A stretch of DNA of 39,582 nt from Atractiella rhizophila. Its lineage: Eukaryota. The notes beneath the pieces are model-generated. The model was not told the origin of the DNA. It was given only the letters and a program-made list of their open reading frames with translations, and did not search any database. Of the stretch, positions 1-9,206 are shown piece by piece (position 1 is the first letter of the stretch; every line of letters begins with the position of its first letter). The stretch is taken from the NCBI GenBank assembly GCA_021432655.1, contig MU271610.1, forward strand, positions 1 to 39,582. Direction: 5' to 3'. The position numbers and the translations under genes are program-made.

Positions 1-3000
1 TCTGGCGAAAGAGGCGGAGGAACAGAGGGTTGAAGCGGTTCGTCTCCACTGATTGATCTGGATGTGGCTCTCATCTCTTTTAGGAGCGACTTGCTGAAGA
101 GGCCAGGAAAGCGGAAGAAGAAGCTCGATTGGCAGCTGAACAGGCTGAACAGGAGCGTCTTGAAGCGGAAAAGCTGGAAGCAGAACGCCTTGCAAAGGAA
201 GAGGCTGAACGCGCTGCAGAAGAAGCTCGAAAAGCAGAAGAAGAACGCGTTGCTGAAGAGGCTCGACTGGCTGCGGAGAAGGCGGAACAAGAACGTCTGG
301 AAGCTGAAAGGCTAGCTAGGGAAGCGGCTGAGCAGGCAGAGCAGGAGCGACTGGAAGCCGTCTGTCTCTTTCTCTCCCGCGCATACCCATTCTCATTGCG
401 CCACTCAGGAGCGTGTGGCAAAGGAAGAAGCCGAGCATCTCGAAACCGAAAGGATCGCTGAAGAAGCAAGATTGGCCAGTGAAAAGGCAGAACAGGAACG
501 CATTGAAGCTGAGCGTCTAGCCAAGGAGGCGGCTGAGAAAGCTGAGCAAGAGCGCCTCGAAGCTGTGCGCCCCCCAATATCTCCGTTGCTACTCTTACAC
601 GGTGGTTTAGGAACGTCGGGCGAAAGAGGAAGCCGATCGCCTTGAAGCTGAACGGATTGCTGAAGAAGCGCGACTAGCCGCTGAGAAGGCAGAGCAAGAA
701 CGTGTAGAAGCGGAAAGGCTGGCTGAGGAAGCTCGATTGGCTGCGGAGAAAGCTGAGCAGGAGCGCGTTGAAGCAGTCCATCTCTTTCATCTACCCATAT
801 CTTATTCTCACTTAGTTATATAGGAACGTCTGGCGAAAGAGGAGGCCGATCGCCTTGAAGCTGAACGGATTGCTGAAGAAGCACGCCTAGCCGCTGAGAA
901 GGCAGAGCAAGAACGCCTTGAAGCTGAACGACTTGCAAAGGAAGCGGCTGAGAAAGCCGAGCAAGACCGTCTTGAAGCTGTGTGTCTACTCTATTGTGCC
1001 AATTGCCGCTCAGACGATTGTTCAGGAGCGTTTGGCAAAGGAAGAAGCTGACCGTCTTGAGGCTGAAAGGATTGCTGAAGAAGCTCGACTAGCCGCTGAG
1101 AACGCGGAGGAAGAACGCCTTGAAGCTGAACGACTTGCAAAGGAGGCAGCTGAGAAAGCCGAACAAGAGCGTCTTGAAGCCGTCCGTTGCTTCCCCACGC
1201 CGTATTGGTTCTCACAGTTATTTAGGAGCGTTTGGCGAAAGAGGAAGCCGACCGCCTTGAAGCTGAAAGGATCGCTGAAGAAGCTCGATTAGCCGCAGAG
1301 AAGGCAGAGCAAGAACGCATTGAAGCTGAACGTCTAGCCAAGGAGGCGGCTGAGAAAGCTGAGCAAGAGCGTCTTGAAGCCGTCCGCCGTTTCCTCTCCT
1401 AGCCTTATGGTTCTCATTGATGCTTCAGGAACGCCTGGCAAAGGAGGAAGCCGACCGCCTTGAAGCTGAAAGGATTGCTGAAGAAGCTCGACAAGCCGCT
1501 GAGAAGGCGGAGAAAGAACGTCTTGAAGCAGAACGTCTAGCCAAGGAGGCGGCGGAGAAAGCCGAGCAGGAGCGCCTTGAAGCTGCATGCCTCTTCCATT
1601 TTATCACTTACTACTCTCACCTTGTCGTATAGGAACGTTTGGCGAAAGAGGAAGCTGAACGCCTGGAAGCGGAACGAATCGCTGAAGAGGCGAGACTAGC
1701 TGCTGAGAAAGCGGAGCATGAACGTCTCGAAGCCGAAAGACTGGCGGAGGAAGCCCGAGTAGCAGCGGAAAAAGCTGAGCAGGAGCGCCTCGAAGCTGTT
1801 CGTATATGCACTCTCGTACTTTCCGACTTAAGTCTCTTTCTAGGAACGGTTGGCCAAGGAAGAGGCGGATAGAGCTGAAGCCGCGAGACTCGAAGAGGAA
1901 GCTCGGTTGGCTGCAGAGAAAGCTGAACAAGACCGTCTCGAAGCAGTCCGTTCAGTCCGCTCTCGCAGACATCCCTTCTCATATATTTTTAGGAACGTTT
2001 GGCGAAAGAGGAAGCCGATCGCCTTGAGGCTGAACGAGTTGCTGAGGAAGCTCGCCTAGCCGCTGAGAAGGCGGAACAAGAACGTCTCGAAGCGGAGAGG
2101 TTAGCTGAGGAAGCTCGAGTAGCCGAGGAGAAAGCTGAGCAGGAGCGTCTTGAAGCTGTGGGCTCTTCCGTTTTCTCGTTTACTACTCTCACGTTATTGT
2201 ATAGGAACGTTTGGCGAAAGAGGAGGCTGACCGCCTTGAAGCTGAAAGGATTGCAGAAGAAGCTAGATTGGCCGCTGAGAAGGCAGAGCAAGAGCGTCTC
2301 GAAGCTGAAAAGCTCGCCAAAGAGGCGGCTGAAAAAGCCGAGCAAGAGCGTCTTGAAGCCGTCCGCCCGCTTCCTCTCCTAGCCTTCTGATTCTCATTGA
2401 TGCTTCAGGAACGCCTAGCAAAGGAGGAAGCCGACCGCCTTGAAGCTGAAAGGATTGCTGAAGAGGCTCGATTGGCGGCCGAGAAGGCGGAGCAAGAGCG
2501 TATCGAAGCTGTATGCTCCTTCCATCCCGTTTACTATTCTAACGATGTTGTATAGGAGCGTTTGGCGAAAGAGGAGGCCGACCGCCTTGAAGCTGAAAGG
2601 ATTGCAGAAGAAGCTAGATTGGCCGCTGAGAAGGCAGAGCAAGAACGTCTCGAAGCTGAAAAGCTCGCCAAAGAGGCGGCTGAAAAAGCCGAGCAAGAGC
2701 GTCTTGAAGCCGTCCGCCCGCTTCCTCTCCTAGCCATCTGATTCTCATTGATGCTTCAGGAACGCCTAGCAAAGGAAGAAGCCGACCGCCTTGAAGCTGA
2801 AAGGGTTGCTGAAGAGGCTCGATTGGCGGCCGAGAAGGCGGAGCAAGAGCGCATTGAAGCTGTATGCTCCTTCCATCACCCCGTCTACTACTGTAACGTT
2901 GTTTTGTATAGGAGCGTTTAGCGAAAGAGGAGGCCGACCGCGTTGAAGCAGAACGGATTGCTGAAGAAGCGCGCCTAGCAGCTGAGAAGGCTGAACAAGA

Positions 3001-4081
3001 GCGTCTTGAAGCGGTTTGTCCCTGTTCTCCAGTCACTCTTTGTCTCATTTTCTGCAGGAGCGCCTTGCTAAGGAAGAAGCTGACAAGGCTGAAGCTGCTC
3101 GTCTGGCTGCGGAAAAGGCTGAACAGGATCGTCTCGAAGCTGTCTGTCTCTTTACGTTTACCCGTGCCCATGCTTAATTATGCCATGTAGGAACGTTTGG
3201 CGAAGGAAGAAGCCGACCGTCTCGAAGCTGAGCGCATTGCTGAACAATTGGCAGCTGAAAAAGCAGAGCAAGAACGACTGGCTGAAGAGGCACGATTAGC
3301 GGAAGAGCAGAGAATTGAGGCGGTTGGTGTCTCCCCAATATAACTTCCAGTGTAATGGTCGATATTAGGAACGTGTGGCAAAAGAAGAAGCGGACCGCCT
3401 TGCAGAGCAGGAGAGAAAGGCGGAGGAGGAGCGACTCGAAGCCGTTTGTTTGCATCAGCTGAATAGTTTATCGCATTGAACGCTTTGTATAGGAACGACT
3501 TGCTGAAGAGGCTCGATTGGCGGAGGAGCATAAACTTGAGACTGTCCGTCTCTAATGCTCCATCCACTTACGGCAGCTGACTATACAGTTTAGGAGCGGC
3601 TCGCTGAAGAAGCTAGGAAAGCTGAGGAAACTCGGGTAGCTGCTGAGAAAGCAGAGGAAGAGCTGGCCGAAGCTCAGAGGAAGCTCGATGAGGAAGAGAA
3701 CCTGGCCAAAGAACAGGCGGATCAAGTAGGCTGATGCTCTCTACTCATTTCCCTTATCTGACCGATTTTTAACAGAAGGCGGATGTGCAAGACACGACTG
3801 TAAAGGGCAAGGTACTAGTGCTAACTCCTTAGAAAGCGCCGGCTCATCCGTTTGTGGATTAGGACAAGGAGGAACCTGTCGATGAACCTGCATCTGCCGA
3901 CCCTGTTAAATCCTCAGTCGAAACAGAAGAGACAGGATCTGTGCCACCTTCCCCTCTCGAAGCGAGCCAAGCCGGCCTCGAACCGGAGGTAGAAGACGAG
4001 GAGGAGGCAGGAGCAGACCCGTCATCCCCCACCAGCCAGAAGAAGAAGAAGAAGAAGAAGAAGAAAGGGAAGAACAACTAA
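1..4081 (+). CDS. 5'-truncated, very long E/A/R/K-rich alpha-helical repeat protein (about 1010 aa within window) with an acidic Pro-rich linker and C-terminal poly-Lys
   Basis: 22 introns of 44-51 nt, all phase 0: 38-83, 360-408, 565-610, 776-823, 980-1025, 1182-1225, 1382-1428, 1585-1632 (GC-AG), 1798-1843, 1946-1992, 2158-2204, 2361-2408, 2511-2555, 2712-2759, 2862-2911, 3014-3057, 3142-3190, 3323-3368, 3444-3492, 3544-3593, 3726-3775, 3812-3862. Splicing gives one open frame of [34 protein letters not shown] repeats ending [22 protein letters not shown] at 4079-4081. Confidence 0.9.
2205..2911 (+). repeat. Higher-order tandem duplication (~351-bp unit: 156-nt exon, intron, 102-nt exon, intron)
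   Basis: 2205-2555 and 2556-2911 are nearly identical, including introns 2361-2408 vs 2712-2759. Intron 1382-1428 is a more diverged member of the same family. Confidence 0.9.
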
Positions 4082-5124
4082 CAACACCTAACATACGCTT
4101 TAGTTATTTTAGACTTCTCTATCCAGTCAGCTTTCTTGACAATTCAGATTTCATTTAGGTTCTATCCTGATTTGTCCTTTATCACTTCCATACTTTCAGC
4201 TGACGACGCTTCGTTATCCGCAATATTTCTGCGATACCTAACTTCAAATTGAGGATTTGCTTCGGAATAGCATACTGATACCTTGGCTCTTCATATTTTG
4301 CATTACGGTAATCCCTTGGTGTTTGCTTGTTTCTCTGCGTTCAAATTGTTCACTTGTTAGCTGTTCTCGAACCCACATTCCTTTACTTCATTTTCCCGTC
4401 CAAGTTGCAAACCGCAATGATTACATTGGTTGAAAGCATTCTCACTTCCCTTAAGTCTGAAATTTCTCAATATCACCATGGTTAAAGTTACGATTTTTTC
4501 CCTTTATCCTCCTTTGGTACACAAATATCACGATAGCTGCGTTGAAATTACTAATCTTGCTCCTTTACGATATGCGACCAACACTGAAGGTGTATGACCG
4601 AAGAAGCAATAGAGTGAAGTAAAGTTGTTACTCCTCGATAATCGTAACAGGAGCTTGAAGGAAGATGCCTTAAGCCTTACTGCCAGAGTTGTGATATCCA
4701 TCAGCGTCACTGATCGCAGCGACCAGACATCAACGAGGACGGTCATCAACAATTATACCAGCTGTCGGAGAGAAATAAACCCTGGATGGGGAATACTGAT
4801 GGAAAGTTCGGCCTGCCGGAATTGTGAAAGCCACTGTATTGTCTGCAAGCTACACCGAAACAGATTCTTCTTAAGCATGTTTCCTCCTTTTAATCCAGAA
4901 GGAGCATCGCTGGTGAACGAGTGAGAATGAAGGATATCGAGTTGGGAGCTGGTGTTACATGCTCTAATGCTCTGGTCATAATGAGAATAAGCTGAGAGAA
5001 GGAATGCAGCTGACGCTGCACGGTTGACGTCGTTAACTGTAGACGATATTCACGCGTGGACTTTGGGAACGAGAGCAAACCAATCACAATAAGAACTTCT
5101 GGTTGAGTTGCAATGTATCAGGAA

Positions 5125-6696
5125 CTAGCTGCGACGATTTTTCTTTGGGAGCACTAATTCGATACCTGTACTCCGACAATATTTGGCTATTGCTGACCTC
5201 GTGGATCTCCCTTTCTTTGTTAAGGATATCGAGATGGAATAAGAGTCCTGATCCAGCGATAGACGTTTGATTTAGCTTGCTTTCAGAGATGTTTCCCACA
5301 AACCCCAATCCAATCCTTCTCCTGTGCAACGTTCTAAGCTGAGTCGTTGCAGGGTAGGTGGGAATAAACCAGCAGATTCTACGCCCTCCACCAATGTGAC
5401 GCCCTTGATCTTCAAAGAGATCAGGTGAGGACATTTTTGAAGGATGGTATAAAATGTGTCGCAAACACGCCCTGTGGAGTAAAATCCTGCACATTGAATG
5501 AAGAGACTCTGAATTGTTGGAGAAATTGCTTCGAGAATATACTCCATGAATTCTACACCATATGCAAAGTTGCATTCGAAGACATGAAGGTTCGGGATTC
5601 GGAAAGGTGTATCTTTTCGTTTAACGCGCCGAACATTCTGAAATAAAGATGAGCCCGTCCCTACCGCGCGCAACGTGACGAGACGTGAAGATAGTGCTTC
5701 TGAGAGATTTATGTCACTTCCTGTAAATGCGCCATAGTTACGAGTAGTCCCTAAGTGTGTTATTGTAGGTGGTGAGTCTGAAGACCCCAAAAATAGGGTG
5801 AGATGTGTGACGTGTGTAAAAGTCTTGAGTGCCTCCCAGAAAAAATGGCGAACCATCATCCACCAAGTATAACGTTCTAATTCGATCTTTGACGGGCTGC
5901 AAAGCCTGCAGGATGTCTGAGAAGAAAGCAGAGTGTTCTTTATCCAGACTAGTCGCATTGTTGTTGCTCCCAATCCCGTTTAAACTAGGGGTGGTGATGT
6001 AGGTGCATAATCCGATGATTTTGAAAATTACCACTTGTTCGAAGAACCATACTGGGTTGGCTTGAATGGTCAGATGTCGAATGTCTTCAACCTGCACGCG
6101 AGTGAGCACCCGTAAAAATGTAGATATTGTTTTCCAGTCACGAAGTATGACGGAGTCCACTGAAAGCTCGCACAACACCTGTATCCAAGTTGGAGCAGTC
6201 AATCATTTCGTAAAACGCAAGGTGAAGGCGGTTACAATGGGAAAGAGCTCTTTGCAAATACAAAGCCAGCTACTCATTCGCCTATTCGTCCTGATTCCTC
6301 TACATGTAGCGCTTCGTAAAAGATGATAGATAGTATCTCGTTCGGTAGCTGCAAAAAGGTGTTGTTACAGTTGGCCTGGGTTTTTTTTCCATGTATTGGT
6401 CGAGACGGTAACAGTTGATATTTTCGGCATCGTGGCAGTAGTTTTCGAGCTGGTTTCCCTTTTAGCAAGCTGGTTCACGGTGTCACGCCGTAAATCAGGC
6501 ATATTTCGGTTGGAATCGAAACCTTGGATCTCCCAGATGTTGCTGAGAGAATAGGCGACCTGCTCTATGCACTCGCTTTGCTTAGCATCCTGGTCGGAAC
6601 CATCGAACTGAAGTTTGGAGAAACTTTTTTGAACCAAAAGCTTTGGAAGATTGTCAAGCCGTCGATGGAGTCATCAACATCAGGGAGAGCGTCCAT
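5125..6696 (-). pseudogene. F-box/leucine-rich-repeat protein pseudogene
   Basis: F-box motif FLQLPNEILSIIF...LCICKELFPIV is split across frames. LRR-like units include IRHLTI, LQRLSL, LISLKI and IKRLSL. In-frame stops at 6203-6205 (TGA) and 5272-5274 (TAA), with the frame continuing to ...AKYCRSTGIELVLPKKNRRS* at 5125. Apparent frameshifts near 6638, 6385 (A8 run), 6285 and 5740-5800. Confidence 0.7.
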
Positions 6697-7408
6697 GGTG
6701 TCTATCCAACAAACGCGGAATTGAAGAGTAGCACCTGGATAAAATAAAGAAACGATGCGATGTGTTGAATTTTGAACATTTGAAAGAGGAGCAGACCTAT
6801 TTTGAAGCCGCCGCCACGTTACTCTCACAAATGTTTCACATATCATGGCGCACCAACTTACATTCCACTCGAATGTGTAACCTAAACCTCAACAAATAAA
6901 TTCACTTGGCTAGAAGAACTTTCGCACCACCGTGGCACTTTGTAGCTTGAAAACAAAGTTGGGTTGCTTAACCGGCAGGTTCCTGCAGCAAGATGATGAC
7001 CGACAAAGATATTCCTGTTGGATCCAGTGCATAGACCTAGGCTGTTATTGTTCTGTTTAACCTTAACCATTTATTTCCAGTACTGATCATTGTCAACAAG
7101 GTTAGCATTTCTTCAAGCCCGACCTCAAGAAGGGATCACTCAGCCTACCAGGTCTCCTCCAACTTACACGAACCCTGTTCAATGTCGGTCTTTGACCCTC
7201 CAAATTCTCCTTTGGAATGTTCTATTCTACGTTGTGCTTTTGGTTTCTGTTCCTCTCAGACTATTTCAGCCAAAATTTTGAACCAACCTCGCAAACAGGA
7301 ACGTCTCGTAAAAAATTATCGTCTGTCACGAATATATTGTGTATTGTACATTGCACTTTCATTTTATTCATTCTAAACAGTTCTAATGCACATTCACCAT
7401 CTTATCGA

Positions 7409-8574
7409 TCAGTCCAGTAAAGTTCTTCCTCTACCCTCAGCCCAAAACTCATCCTTCAGCATATCCTCATGCACGACCGCAATCCGGAACGACTTCTTCT
7501 CCTTCCTCTTGCGCTCCTTTCTATGCTTCTCCTTTTCCTCGCTCGTGTGTTGATTTTCATTCTCAGCTTTTGGCGCAATCGGAGGAGCGACTGCCTCTTC
7601 GACCTCCTCCCAAACGAGCAAACTACCCTTCTTGAACATCTCTGGCTCCTCGTTGTAGTTCATGCCAAATCGTGAGAAGAGGATTTCATGCTTCTGTGAA
7701 CTGACAGTACCCTGATCCCCCCATTTAGTCGACTCTGTTAGCCAGCAACGAGAACGAGGGCGGAAGAGCGGAGGAGAGACACGAACGCTCAATTCTGCGT
7801 GGGCTTCTTTGGCCGTCATCTCTCCTCGTTGGACCAGTGCCCAAAATACAGTGTTATAGAGATTGTTGATGTGCGCTAGAGGACGAAAGGAGGATGAAGG
7901 CCATTCCGAGGGGAAAAAAGGGACGGATGAAGCCAAGGAGGAACTCACTGTCTACTTGGCGCCATTTCAGGTAATCAATGACGATAGCTTTTAAAGGATA
8001 CTGCACTATTCTGCTGTATGGATCAGAAGAGAGATATCGAGAGGCATAGAACGGACCGTCCATCGAAGGCTGGAATCTCATTTGAACCGTCTAATAATGG
8101 AATGGTTGGAAAGAATCGTGGCCAGTGCAAGCAGTATGCGGAGGTAAATATCGAGACGCAGGTTGAGAGGATCTTGCTTGTGAATTATCGTGAGAAATAT
8201 GGGTAAGTCGCGCAAGAGGTAAAATCTCACCTCTCTCGACGATTGTACAAGGAGCAGTGAGGCGAGATCACAAAACTGTTCCTCATTATTGATACGATTT
8301 CGATCTCTGTAGCGAAGAAGGAGAGAACGCACCTGTATTCGTCACTCTCACCAAAAGCACACATGATGTTCTCCTTCCCCAGCTGCCTCATCAACGTCTC
8401 AGCTGCGCTATTCATGAGTTTGAGAGCACGTTCATCGTTTGGCTTTGTGAAACCTTTGGCAGTGGAGAACTTCGAGAATCCCTTGCCATCGAGCCTGAGG
8501 ACAAGATATGTGGAGGGTAAGAGTGAATCGGGCAGCTCGAAGGTCTTCACGTAGGCAAAACGTGATTGAGACAT
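7409..8574 (-). CDS. THG1: tRNA(His) guanylyltransferase, complete, 6 exons
   Basis: Spliced product has [101 protein letters not shown] and FKKGS, all Thg1 hallmarks, with canonical GT-AG introns. Confidence 0.97.
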
Positions 8575-8702
8575 GTTGGATCTGGATCCAGCAAAAGAAA
8601 GCTTAACATTGTTTGTGCCCTTGTCGGTGTTCACAATCGATAACAAGTATAACCAGACGTCCAACAAAACTTCTGAACGTCCAATACCTCACGATACCTA
8701 CG
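8575..8702. promoter_or_regulatory. Compact bidirectional promoter, copy 1 (THG1 / truncated peptidase)
   Basis: 128 bp between divergent ATGs at 8574 (-) and 8703 (+). Function is inferred from geometry. Confidence 0.7.
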
Positions 8703-9023
8703 ATGTCCCCTTTGCTCTTTCTAGCCCTCAGTGCCTCCGCTTACTCAGCCTCACTCCAGTGGAGCGTCTCAGATGACAGACACAGCGAACAGCTCGTCTT
8801 CCAACCTCAATTTGAACAACCTGAGACCCCGACAGCGCCTGGATTTCATAATGCATTCGAGACATTGGATGTTCTCCTTCCCCAGCTGCCTCATCAACGT
8901 CTCAGCTGCGCTATTCATGAGTTTGAGAGCACGTTCATCGTTTGGCTTTGTGAAACCTTTGGCAGTGGAGAACTTCGAGAATCCCTTGCCATCGAGCCTG
9001 AGGACAAGATATGTGGAGGGTAA
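8703..9023 (+). pseudogene. Truncated aminopeptidase 5' copy fused to antisense THG1 sequence
   Basis: [16 protein letters not shown]...HNAFETL crosses the junction at 8868 into the reverse strand of THG1 exon 1 and stops at 9023. Confidence 0.8.
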
Positions 9024-9077
9024 GAGTGAATCGGGCAGCTCGAAGGTCTTCACGTAGGCAAAACGTGATTGAGACAT
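8769..9077 (-). pseudogene. THG1: Truncated THG1 5' copy (~70 codons) fused to antisense peptidase sequence
   Basis: MSQSRF...QLGKENI is identical to THG1, followed by unrelated QCLECIMKS... after the junction. It lacks the SDE motif and the C-terminal half. Confidence 0.85.
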
Positions 9078-9206
9078 GTTGGATCTGGATCCAGCAAAAG
9101 AAAGCTTAACATTGTTTGGTGCCCTTGTCGGCGTTTACTATCGATAACAAGTATAACCAGACGTCCAACAAAACTTCTGAACGTCCAATACCTCACGATA
9201 CCTACG
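9078..9206. promoter_or_regulatory. Bidirectional promoter, copy 2 (truncated THG1 / intact peptidase)
   Basis: Second copy of 8575-8702, lying between ATGs at 9077 (-) and 9207 (+). Confidence 0.7.

Noticed and set aside
400..3100. Repeat/spacer periodicity resembling a CRISPR array
   Set aside because: The repeats are coding exons and the spacers are GT-AG introns; eukaryotic context with no cas genes.
64..3567. Dozens of short ORFs on both strands in the track
   Set aside because: They are exon fragments or shadow frames of the single spliced repeat gene.
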